A stretch of DNA of 64,000 nucleotides, from NCBI GenBank assembly GCA_001244265.2, contig CDLV01000020.1, positions 62,001-126,000 on the forward strand, read 5' to 3'. Position 1 is the stretch's first letter. Every line of letters begins with the position of its first letter. The position numbers and the translations under genes were made by a program. The notes beneath the pieces are model-generated. The model ran no database searches, was not told where the DNA came from, and saw only the letters and a program-made list of their open reading frames with translations. The stretch comes from Microbotryum violaceum (Eukaryota). This document shows positions 1-10,556 of this stretch, piece after piece.

Positions 1-543
1 TCGTAGAACAACGCTCAATTGAGGGTCCATGTTGAACAGTAGGATTTTGATGAACTCAATGTCGCTGAGGGTGGTCTGGCCGAGCTGCAGCTGTGAGGCC
101 CGAAGTCCCAAAACCCACGTCGCGTAGTCGTGGTTGCCTTGGTGGCTGTGGCGAATACGCTGCTCTGTCGTGAAGGCGAAATCCAAGGGTAGTGCCTTGC
201 GGATGAAGGTGACCTTAAGCTCGTCCCACGTGCGTTCCTCCGTTGCCGTCACCAGCCAATCCTTGAGCGCCTCGTGTTCAATGTGGTTGGCGATGAACAT
301 TATCTTTAGTCGCATGTTCTTCACTTGGTACTGGAAGAACATGTTGTCCATGTCGTTGAGGAATGCGCGGATCGAGGAGAGAGTGAGTTTCGTGCCGTTC
401 GCAAGCTTGGGCGCGCTGAGCTTCATGCCCCTTGGCATTGTTGCAACCTCCTGTTCATCGTCCGAGCTGCCCTCCCTTTCCTCTGGTGCCGATGATGGCG
501 CTGGTTGGGCGGTGGAGTTCTTGGAGTTCTTGCCACGTGCCAT
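1..543 (-). CDS. Retrotransposon Gag-like ORF (Ty3/Gypsy-like), running off the window start
   Basis: My translation from the ATG at 543 is open to position 1: MARGKNSK...[23 protein letters not shown]...ALKDWL...[15 protein letters not shown]...RIRHSHQG...DYATW. The W-x-E-L-K-x-x-F and Q-G pattern is typical of retrotransposon gag. It is absent from the ORF track because it has no stop inside the window. Confidence 0.7.
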   Translation of the reverse strand, partial: MARGKNSKNSTAQPAPSSAPEEREGSSDDEQEVATMPRGMKLSAPKLANGTKLTLSSIRAFLNDMDNMFFQYQVKNMRLKIMFIANHIEHEALKDWLVTATEERTWDELKVTFIRKALPLDFAFTTEQRIRHSHQGNHDYATWVLGLRASQLQLGQTTLSDIEFIKILLFNMDPQLSVVLR

Positions 544-639
544 GTTCTTCTGTTACCGTTCGTTGTCGTTTGTTTGTTCCGTGGGTGTGTCGCTGGCGCA
601 CATGGCAGTGTGCGTCTTTGACCGGTGTGAAAAAAAAAG

Positions 640-862
640 TGTAATACACCCCGTTGGAGTGTACACCTGAGCGACGACGACAAGGATCACAGGACCAAAG
701 TATGTAGAATTGACACTGGACACTCGTATCAGTCGCTGGTATGACAATGCCTTCTGATCCACCTTGTGCTCACCTGGACACTTGTATCAGTCACTGGAGA
801 GAGACTAAGAGTGCCCAGGCGCGCGTCCCCTCTTCCTAAGGCCCAGGCGCACGGGCCTTACA
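640..862 (-). mobile_element. 5' LTR of the Gypsy-like element; it interrupts the gag of Copia-1
   Basis: Termini read TGTAAGGCCC...GTGTATTACA on the minus strand, followed by a T-run and then the gag ORF. Copia gag-like sequence resumes immediately at 863. Confidence 0.65.
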
Positions 863-3800
863 CTCGCAGCCCACTGCCGCCACCGCCGCCGCCACCACCG
901 CATCAAAAGTCGTCTTTCCCAAGCACGCCCGCCTAGACGGCTCCAAGTCGTTCCCAAACTGGTTACGCCAGCTCCGGCTCACGCTGTAAGGCTCGGTTGC
1001 CTTACGCTATTTAACTACCCTTCTGATTTCAATATGCATCTATTGAAATTGTCAGTCTTTTGGACTGTGTAACCTAGTCGTGAAGGGCCTGGGGTATTAC
1101 ACATGCTTCCGAATCAGATTTGTGGTTACGTCCTTGATGGAGTCGTTCCCCCGACGTGGACAGCCGACCAGCTCGCTGCTCTTGACGACGCCGCAGGGGA
1201 AATTATTGTCGGCTCGATCGACTCCGCCGACGTCTCAGCAACCCTCGACGCCATCCCAAGCGACGACCTGTCGGCGCCACGCATCTTCGCCGCACTCAAG
1301 GCTTGTTTCGCACCGAACGACGCCACTCGCACCCTCGAATTATTTGCCCGCCTTTGGGACTTTTGGAAGATGCCCGCCTTGGTCGAGGCCTATGACACCT
1401 GGCTGCACAAATACATGGCCATTGCTCAAGAGATTCGCGACGCCAAGACATCGCTGAACGACGTCCTCGCCACCCACATCCTCGCCATGGTACTGTCCTG
1501 CCTAGACAGCTTCCGGCTAACGTTCACGGACAAGCAGCGCGCCCAGTGCGAACTCCCGGAGCTCACGACCTTAACGGACCGTATCCGCGTTCAGCTCCGA
1601 TCCGCCGGCCTCTCGGCTTTGCATTTGGCCATGCTCGCCGACGCCCCCTCTTGCCCCGCCTGCCGCGCCCCTGGCCACCGCCTGCGCGACTGCACTTCAC
1701 GTGCAAAGCATCCGCCCACCGGCCCCTGCCGCCGCTGCCAAAAGCGAGGTCACTGGGCCCTCAACTGCAAGAACCGGGGCCAACAGACACGTACCAGCAA
1801 CGGCACCCAGGACAATTTGTCTTCTGCCACGGCTCACCGACCAAACGTCGGATATTTCGCCTCCTGCCTATTTGCCCGCCGCCAACTCCCGACCGACGCC
1901 TTCGTAGTCAACTCGGGCGCCACGACTCACATGGTCGCCGACCGCTCCCTGTTCACGACTTATCGTCCAACGGCACACACCAAGATTGGCGGCATTGCCG
2001 GCGGTATCACGGCCATTGGTATGGGGGATGTACCGTTTGTTGCCAACACCGGACACCCGATCACGTTGCGCGGCGTTCTGCACGCGCCGGGCCTTCACGT
2101 CAACCTTCTCTCCATCTCTCGCCTTTGTGACACCGACCGCGTTCGACTTGCCTTCACCAGCGACAGCATCGCCATCACCAAGGACGGCCAGGCCATCGCT
2201 CACGGTACACGGGTTAACGACGGTCTCTACCTCCTGGACGCGGACCACACCAAATGTCAGCAGCTTGCCTTTCTCTCACGCTCTGAGTCTACCGTGCCCC
2301 TACTTACCCTCCACCGCTGCCTCGGCCACCTTGCTCCATCCTCTATACAGAAGATGATCGCTGCGGGTTTGCTGGACGGGTTTGGGGCCGGGTACAGTGA
2401 CAAAGACGTAGAAGAGTTTGTTTGCAATGCTTGCCTTGGTCCCAAAGGCCATCGTCTTCCTTTTCCCGACTCGGAGTCACATTCCCCAAGAGACTTGGTC
2501 TCGTGCACAGTGATGTCCTGTTGTTTCCCACGCCGTCCTTGACCGGGAAACGCTATCTTGTCACCTTCCTTGACGACCACTCTCGCAAACTATGGGCATA
2601 CGCAATCGATCACAAAAGCGACGTCTTCCCGACCTTCCAGACTTGGCTCGCCAAAGTGGAGTTAGAAACGAACGCGCGTTTACGGATCCTTCGCACCGAC
2701 AACGGCGGCAAATACCGATCCAACGCGTTCACGGAGTTCTGCCAGTCCAGGGGCATTTGTCGCCAATACTCTATTCCATACACGCCTCAGCAAAACGGTC
2801 GTGCCGAACGTGTCAACCTCTCCATCGTCGAGGGTGTCCTCGCCCTCCTTGCTGACTCCCACCTGCCAGCCACCTTTTGGGACGAAGCGGCTGCATACTT
2901 CGTTTATTGCAAAAACAGGTGCTCACACTCAGCTTTGGCCAAACAGACTCCACAATTCGTTTGGAACGGCCAACGCACCACGACCACCGCCCTTCACCCG
3001 TTCGGCTGCGCGGCCTGGCTCACGGTCGCGCCGGACCTTTGCAGCAAGCTCGACCCCAAGGCCGCGCGCGTGATTTTTACTGGTTACGACCTCGCCTCCA
3101 AGGCTTTCCGGTTCTTCGACCATTCCACCAACAAGGTTGTGCTTGGCCGAAATGCCACCTTCCTCGACGACAACTTCCCCGGCCTACCAGTCAACACGCC
3201 CGTCGATGCGGACGACGCCGAACGCCAGTTTGTCATTCCCGCCGACGCGCCAGCGCCTGACACCGTTGACATGCACGCCCCCGCCGCCAGGCCCGCCCCC
3301 GCCGTCAAGACGAGGACCCCACTAGTAAGGTTGGCGCACATGGACGTCTCATCCCCTCTTGATGATTCTGCCATGAGCGCCGTTGACGTGGCCTTAGGGT
3401 ACACTGGCGGATCCTTACTTAATTCTACAGATACCAGCCCCTTTTCGTCTCCCACCACGTCCTCAGGGGGGTACCGTCCATCGAGGACTCGGATGATCCG
3501 CTTGACCTTCTGCACTCCGACACCGCGGTTCGCCTCCGCCTGATGGACGTACATCGATCCGACGACGACACCCTGGTCACACCCACACCCGCCGTTGGCC
3601 CCGGGCAGCCCTCCGACGACGACTCCCCTGATGAGATCGATTTCCTCTCTCGTCATCACCGCGCCTTCATCGCCACCGACAACGACGACCCCACCCTCGA
3701 AGCCATTGAGCCGGTCAAATCGATCACTAGCGACCCTCAGACCTGGCGTGAAGCGATGTCCAGCGACAAGCACGACCTCTGGGCTCAAGCCGCCTCTGAC

Positions 3801-5135
3801 AAGTTCACCGCCATGCGCGACGATTTCAAGGTGTTCACCATCGAGCCTCGTTCCTCGGTACCACCGGGCGCCACCATTGTCACCTCCAAATTCGTCTGGA
3901 AGACCAAGCGCAATGCACAGGGTGATATCACAGGGCGGAAGGCACGCCTTGTCGCGCAGGGTAACTGCCAGCGCGACGGCATTGACTTCTCGGAGACGTT
4001 CGCACCCGTCGCCCGTTTCTCCTCCATTCGCTGCCTCCTTGCCCTTGCTGCTGCCAACGGCTAGGACGTTCATCAGGCTGACATCAACAAGGCTTACCTT
4101 CACGGCGAGCTCGATCACGACATCTGGATGACGACGCCACAAGGTTTCGACTTCCCGAGCGACCAGGTTCTCCGGCTGCGGCGCTCGATCTACGGTCTTA
4201 AGCAGGCCGGTCGCATCTGGAATCGCCACATTGACACATCACTCAGGAGTCTTGGGTACACGGCAACGGGCACTGATCACTGCATTTACTCTCGCATTGA
4301 TGATCAGAAGCAGCCCCATTATATCGCATTATATGTCGACGATCTCCTCATTGTCAGCCCCGCCCTCGACGAGATTGAGCGTGTCATCTCCGGCCTCGAA
4401 CAGCGATACGGCGTCAAACGACTCGGCCCTGCAGAATACATCCTCGGCATCCAGATTCGACGCCTGGAAGACGGCTCCATTGCTTTATCTCAGGAGCGCT
4501 AGATCATGGACGTGCTCGCCCGCTTTCACTTTGACACCACAACACGCGGCGCTACGGTGCCAATGACGCCCGGCCTCTCGCTCACGGCAGTACCGGGTCA
4601 GGGAACGGAACGCATTCGGTCGTGGTACCTGCAAGCCATCGTCTCCCTCCTATACATTTCACTCGGCACTCGCCCCAACATTGCCTTCGCCGTCTCGTAC
4701 TTGTCCCGGTTCGCCAACAACCCCGGCCGCCGCCATTGGGTCACCGTCAAACATGTCCTTTGCTACCTTCGCGCTACGTACCGTGATGAGCTACTCTACG
4801 CCTGCGGTCCAGCCAAAATTACAGGGGTGGTTGGCTATTCCGATGCGAACTGGGGTGCCTGCGTTGACACGTCAATCTCCACAATGGGCTTCGTCTTTTA
4901 CTTGGCTGGCTCCGCCGTCTCTTGGTCATCAAAGTGTCAGACTCGGGTAGCAGATTCCACCACTGATGCCGAATACCTCGCCTTGTCGCATGCTGGTAAG
5001 GAAGCGATTTACCTTACACAACTCCTCTCCGAGCTCCACGTTCGCCCGGTCAATGCGGCTCACATTTTCACGGACAACGAGGCCACGGCCGCCGTCGCTC
5101 ACAACCCCGTTCACACCTCTGGCACCCGACACATA
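863..5135 (+). mobile_element. Ty1/Copia retrotransposon 'Copia-1', defective gag-pol, truncated at both ends
   Basis: Contains zinc knuckles [14 protein letters not shown] and [14 protein letters not shown], protease [11 protein letters not shown] (catalytic D>N), pre-integrase LHRCLGH..CNAC, integrase [52 protein letters not shown] and RNase H YSDANW/TTDAEY/TDN. Domain order PR-IN-RT-RH is Copia. Frameshifts occur near 2485 and 3470, in-frame stops at 4062 and 4500, and it ends abruptly at TRHI. Confidence 0.95.
985..1101 (+). mobile_element. 117-bp LTR-like mini-element (short solo LTR or TRIM-like) inserted in Copia-1 gag
   Basis: Ends are TGTAAG...TATTACA, with flanks CACGC (980-984) and CATGC (1102-1106), a 5-bp TSD with one CpG>TpG change. 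Removing it restores [26 protein letters not shown], collinear with Copia-2 gag. Confidence 0.85.
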
Positions 5136-7989
5136 GGGTGACGATGACGCAGGGAACGACGGTGAGGGCGCAGGCGACGGCGACGAGGGCGGCTCAAGAG
5201 ACGGTGACGAGGACGGCGCAGGCGACGGTGACGAGGACGATTCGGCATCTGTAGAATTAAGCAAGGTTCCGCCAGTGTACCCTGGGGTCACGTCAACGGC
5301 GCTCATGGCAGAATCATCAAGAGGGGATGAGACGTCCATGTGCACCGACCTTACTAGTGGGGTCCATGTCTTGACAGTGTCTTGAGGTTTGGCAATGGGA
5401 GCGCTGGCAAAGTGCGTGTTGGCGTCTTGCTCGGTGGAGTCGCCATGTAAACCGGGGAATTCAGTGTCGAGAAAGCTGGCATTTCTGCCCAAAATGATCT
5501 TCTTGGTCGTTGTGTTGTAGAAACGGAAGGCTTTAGAAGCCAGGTCATAGCCGGTGAAGAGAATGTGAACCGCTTTGGGGTCAAGTTTCGAGCGAAGTTT
5601 GGGCACGACCGTGTGGCCAAGCTGTGCAGCCAAACGGGTGAAGCGCCAAGGTGTTGGCGTGCTCGCGCTGCCAGACGGAGTTTGGTGTTTCCTTGTCAAG
5701 GGCCGAGTGTTGACACAAATTCTTGCAGTATACGAAATAAGCTGCGGCCTCCTCCCAGAATGTCTTGGGTAAGTGTGCGTCCGCAAGAAGCGCCAGCACA
5801 CCTTCAACAATGGAACGATTGACCCGCTCTGCACGACCATTCTGTTGAGGTGTTCGAGGGATAGAGTATTGTCGGCGTGTGCCGCGTGCCTTGCAGAAAT
5901 CCGTGAACGCTTTCGAACGGTATTCGCCACCGTTGTCGGTTCGGAGGACCTTCAGTGTTGCACCCGGCTCGAGTTCGACTTCGGCAAGCCAAGTCTTGAA
6001 CACGCCGAACACTTCGCTTTTGTGTCCGATTGCGTAGGCCCAGAGTTTGTGGGAGTAATCGTCGAGGAACGTGACAAGGTACTGTTTGCCAGTCAAGGAC
6101 CGCTCGGGGAGGGAAAGCACATCACTGTGCACAAGGCCGAGTCTCTCGGAGGAGTGCAAATCCGAATCGGGAAAAGGAAGACGATGGCCCTTGGCACTGA
6201 GGCAAGCATTGCAGACAAACTTCTCTACCTCTTTGTCACTATATCCGGCCCCAAGACCCTCCAGCAAACCAGTGGCAACCATCTTCTGTATGGACGACGG
6301 TGCGAGATGGCCGAGGCAGCGGTGGAGAGTCAGCAGGGGCACGGAAGACTGTGAGCAAGAGAGGAGAGCAAGCTGCTGACATTTGGAATGATCAGCGTCC
6401 AGCAAGTAGAGCCCTTTGTCGAGCCTTGCGCCTTCAGCAATGTTGTTGCCGTCTTTGTCAATGTGTATGCCGTATTTTGTGAAGGCGACGCGGACGTTGT
6501 CGGTGTCGCAGAGATGTGAGACCGAGAGAAGGTTGACAGGCAGTCCTGGAGTGTGCAGCACACCAGTGAGCGTGATCGGATGACCCGAGGCGGCAACGAA
6601 GGCGATGTTTCCCGTCCCGATGGCGTTAATACCCCCTGCAATACCACCAATCTTCGTAGGAGCGACGTGTCGATAGTTCGTGAACAGTGACTTGTCCGAG
6701 ACCATGTGCGAAGTGGCGCCTGAGTCAATGACAAAGGAGTTGGCGCGAAGCTGGCGACAATGAGCGAGAAGGCCGGTAGCGAGACATCCGACATGGTGTT
6801 GCGAGTCGGCCGTCGAGTCGGCCGTGTCGGGCCTGTTGCTGTTCTCGAGAGGTTTCTTGCAATCGAATGACCAGTGATTCTTCTTGCAGGAGCGACAAGG
6901 GCCTGGCGGCGGGTGTTTCGCTCTCACAGTGCACTGTGCCACACGGTGCGAAGGGCTGCGACAGGCAAGACACGTGGGACGGGTAGGACGTGACGACGAG
7001 GCAAGGAGGGCCGATTGAGCGCTGGGGACGTTGGTGGACCGAAGTTGGACACGCCAAGCGAATCGATGGCAGGGAGAGATCTTTGGGTGCGCTGTTCATC
7101 GGTGAACGACGCCTTGAAGCTCTTGAGGGACGGGTGTGCAATGGCGAGGAGGAGTGTGGCGAGAACATCGTTGATAGTCGTCTTTGTATTGATGATTTCT
7201 CGCGCAATGGCTTTGAACTCCATGATCCAACCGTCAAATTTGCCCACGGTGCCGGGCATGGGCCGGAAACTCCATAGTCGTGAGAAGAGCTCGAGCGTGC
7301 AAGTGGTGTCATCCGGAGCATACCGCAATTTCAGCGTCGAGTAAATGTTGGGCGCTGTGAGGTTGGCGGTAGGGATTTGGTCGAGGACTGCGAAGACGTC
7401 GGCTGAGTTGATCGAGTTCGCTAGAAGCTCGCGGGCCACGACATTGCGGGCGGAGCGGTGCGAAGGTGTCCAGTTGGCGGGCATGATCCCGTCGAGGACG
7501 TATGAGCGGATGTCGTCCGCGAGGCAGAGGCGAAGCTGGCGTGTCCAGCTCGCAAACATCTTGGGCCCATCCAAGCGTGCGTGCTTGGGGAAGGCAGTGC
7601 AAGAGGTGCCGGACAACGTGGCGGATGTGGCAGTGGAGAGACCCGACAGCAGCGACGTAAGTGCGGCGAGCTGTTCGGCGGGGATTGTTGGGTGGGCACC
7701 CGTCGTTAGGGGCAACGACGTGTCCATGCCAGCGGTAGGGCAATGGGTGAATAACCTATAAGACGATCACCACGACTGTCAGGAGAGGTTGGGAGTCAAA
7801 CAGAAGTGATGAGAAGGAAGCTAAGAAACAAAAAAGGGGGGCCCGCGCTGGGATAGGCCCAGCCGCGGGTGAAATCGCTGGCGCGCTGAGGCAGTCGCGC
7901 GCGTCTAAGTCCTTACCGCAGGGGGGCGGGCTAGCGGGCTTGCGCAACGACCGAGGCGCCCCTGTCGAGCTGAGAGTGGACTCTTCACA
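5136..7989 (-). mobile_element. Ty1/Copia retrotransposon 'Copia-2': 5' LTR, PBS, gag, PR and IN, lacking RT/RH
   Basis: LTR ~7759-7989 begins TGTGAAGAGTCC and a PBS-like GGTTATTCACCC lies at 7745-7756. Gag starts at 7727 (MDTSL...[10 protein letters not shown]), followed by protease [11 protein letters not shown] and integrase [22 protein letters not shown]. Frameshifts occur near 7030 and 5610, and it is cut off in the IN-RT spacer. Confidence 0.92.
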
Positions 7990-8299
7990 CCTTTGCCTCA
8001 GCGCCTTCGCCTTCACTGCCAAGCCGCCCCCTTGTTCGCCGCCTCCGCGCCAGCCTGTTCAACTCACGCTCGCACGCCGCCGCCTCCCACACCGGGACTT
8101 AGTCAATCTATCTCTCCTGTCTTGCCGAGTCAATGCCTCCGCCTAGTCACACCCAGTGTGCCACCGCTGTCCTCATGTCTCATTGGCCATCCAGAGCATT
8201 GCCCATCCATGACGCCCACCGTTTGCAACCTGGACTTGTTGCTACGGACCCCCTTGCTCACCAACACTTGACTATGGTAGATAAGTTTCCCCTTGTGTC

Positions 8300-8687
8300 T
8301 GCTGTCCAACACAGCCCCTCTTAGAGCCTCGATGCCCCGCTTGGAGTTTAGTCTTTTAGCTTTGCAATGTGCCCGCCCAGTTTGACTTAGACCCGCTGTG
8401 CGCTCCCTTGCTAGAACCTTGCCCGACTCATGTGCTCTCGCCCCTCTCTCCCTCTTCTCTATCGTTTCATCTCACCAATCAGACTGCTGAGATTCCGTAG
8501 AGAACAGAGAACAGATTGCTTGGCTGCGCTGTGGCCGCCCGCCAGAGTGCGTCCGCTTGCCTCGCAACTTCTCCACCTGGGAGTCCACTGCAACGCCGTC
8601 CTGCCTTGCAACCTCCTCGAAACGATCCGGCTCGTGCCGCCTCACGAACCACCAGCGACCCCTGGTCACAACTTAACACACTCAACA
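8300..8687 (+). mobile_element. Probable LTR fragment, homologous in inverted orientation to 8761-9199
   Basis: Shares motifs with the reverse complement of 9000-9199 (cttggagtt, ctagaac, cctcttctcta, gtagagaacag) and ends in ...CTCAACA. No TSD was found. Confidence 0.45.
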
Positions 8688-8760
8688 TAGCGCTCGGCCT
8701 CCCCTCCCGCGCGCCCTTCCTCCTCGTTGGCCTTGATTGTTGACGCTCTCGTAGAAAGAT

Positions 8761-9199
8761 TGTGAGGACTTCCTACTATTGAGTGGGAAGTCAGAGAGGT
8801 TTCGGACTTGGGTGTGGCAACCGCTAGGGCTACTGTTGGAGCATCGACGTGGCTGGGTTGCTACGAATGATCCGGGGAGAGGACGTGGAGCAGCACAGGC
8901 GCGGTCTGATGAGAGGGGCGCGGTGCAGCTAGATGAACTGTTCTCTACCAAAGATTAGTGGTCTGGCTAATGTTGGGAAGCGGTGGATGGGATTGCAACT
9001 AACCTGTTCTCTACCAAAGATTAGCGGTCTGGCTAATGTTGGGAAGCGGTAGAGAAGAGGAAGAAAGGCACAGGGGAGTGCAAGTTGGACACAGTTCTAG
9101 GCAAGCAGGCGCGCGAGTGAATCATGACAAATTAGACAGGCACAGTGCGAAGCGCATAAGGCCGAACTCCAAGTGGGCCATCTAGGCGGAGAGGTGTCA
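8761..9199 (-). mobile_element. LTR fragment with an internal ~48-bp duplication, abutting a second LTR
   Basis: Ends ...GTCCTCACA on the minus strand. ctgttctctaccaaagattag(t/c)ggtctggctaatgttgggaagcggt occurs at ~8938 and ~9004. Confidence 0.5.
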
Positions 9200-9928
9200 T
9201 GTTTTACAACGTACACGGAGGGAGGACTTATTCACCAGGTCCAGTGTTGCGGACAAGCTATTGTAATGGTGAGTTCCAGGTTGCAGACGACGTACATTGT
9301 GAAGGGGCGATGTTCTGAATGGCCGGATGTTCACGAGGTCGGAAGCGGCAAACTGTGTAGGCTTGTACTCCTCGAGGGAGACTGGATTGGCAACCAGTAA
9401 GTACACAAGACAGAGTACGGTTGTAAGGGAGTAGTTTGGAGCGTTAGGGGGAAGACTAAAGAGGCGCGCAGTGTGAGTGTGCAAAATATCTCTAAGTCCA
9501 AGGAGAGGTCCAAGCGGCGCGGCCGGCTAGGCCCGGCGCGGATTGGAGATCGATCTAAGCAAGAGTGTATGGAATTCAACACCCCCCCTCGCTCGAAGCT
9601 TACTTGGCCTTGGAGACCCAGGTTCTCACAATGAACCTTGAACACTAAAGGCCCAAGTGCCTTGGTGAAGATGTCAGCGACCATGGTTTTTGTGTCCACA
9701 TAGTTGACTCGAATGGTGCCCAGCCTGACTTGGTCGCATACAAAATGCTCGCGGATGCGGATGTGGCGGGACCGGTGGTGGAGGGTGGGGTTCTTGGCGA
9801 GAGCCAGTGCTCCTTGGTTGTCGCCATAAAGTTGGATGGGAGCTTGGGTGTCGATTGTGAGGAATCTGAAAGGCACGAGATTGCTCGAGCCTCACTGGTT
9901 CCGAGTCCAAACTGAAAGGATCAAACGG
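9200..9928 (-). mobile_element. Copia 3' end: RNase H remnant, PPT and 3' LTR (9200-9581)
   Basis: RNase H C-terminus IQLYGDNQGALALAKNPTLHHRSRHIRIREHFV...MVADIFTKAL, then PPT GAGGGGGGG (9582-9590), then an LTR reading TGTTGAATTCC...TAAAACA. Confidence 0.88.
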
Positions 9929-10065
9929 TGTAATTCGCAGGCGAAGAAAGACTACTAAAAGGACTAAGGTCAAGAGATGCGGCGGCGCCGCGCGCGAGGG
10001 CAAGTGTGAGGCAGCAGAGGTCGGCTCGAGGTCGTCGTGAGGCATAAGCGGAGCGGCGCCTTACA
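9929..10065 (-). mobile_element. 137-bp LTR-like mini-element
   Basis: Termini TGTAAGGCGCC...GAATTACA match the style of the 117-bp element. It interrupts a Copia gag start (ATGGACAGCTC). No TSD is visible. Confidence 0.5.
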
Positions 10066-10522
10066 GAGCTGTCCATGCTGCGATGGTGCGATGGGCTGGG
10101 GCGGCTCGAGTGGCTGGGCTCGAGGGAAAATGCAAGCGGCGGGGCTGGTAGCTCGTGGGCTTATAACCTATTCGATCAACTCTACTACGTCAGCGATGTA
10201 GTTATAGCCAAGAGTGATGAATTCATTTCAACATACCTATTCGATCAACTCTACTACGTCAGCGATGTAGTTATAGCCAAGAGTGATGAATAGGAAGCTA
10301 ACAGTAAGGGAGTCCCGCGCCCCAAGTCCTCAGCCAGGGAGCCTCGGGGCTGAGCCAATGTGCCAGGCTCGCTGCGTGCGCCTAAGTCCCAGGCTCGCTC
10401 CGCGCGCCCAAGTCCTGGGCCGATGTGCCCGGCTCGCTCCGCGCGCCTAAGTCCTGAGCCGATGCGCCCGGCTCGCTCCGCGCGCCTAAGTCCTGACCTG
10501 AGCGGAGAGTGGATTCCTCACA
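10066..10522 (-). mobile_element. Copia 5' LTR, PBS and gag start, inserted into a copy of the 117-bp element
   Basis: The LTR begins TGTGAGGAATCCACTCTC, similar to the Copia-2 LTR start. A PBS-like GGTTATAAGCCC lies at ~10157-10168, and there is a ~57-bp internal duplication (10166-10222 / 10235-10291). Confidence 0.7.
10366..10497. repeat. ~39-bp GC-rich tandem repeat inside the Copia LTR (~3.5 copies)
   Basis: Units of ggctcgctccgcgcgcc(c/t)aagtcctg... start at ~10392, 10431 and 10470, with a degenerate copy at ~10366. Confidence 0.85.
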
Positions 10523-10556
10523 GTAGTTAAATAGTGTAAGGCAACCAAGCCTTACA
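10523..10556 (-). mobile_element. 5' 34 bp of a second copy of the 117-bp mini-element
   Basis: Minus-strand TGTAAGGCTTGGTTGCCTTACACTATTTAACTAC versus 985-1018 TGTAAGGCTCGGTTGCCTTACGCTATTTAACTAC. The two differences are both at CpG sites. Confidence 0.85.

Noticed and set aside
3084..4229. 381-aa minus-strand ORF and other shadow ORFs in the Copia region
   Set aside because: These are antisense or alternative frames of Copia pol.
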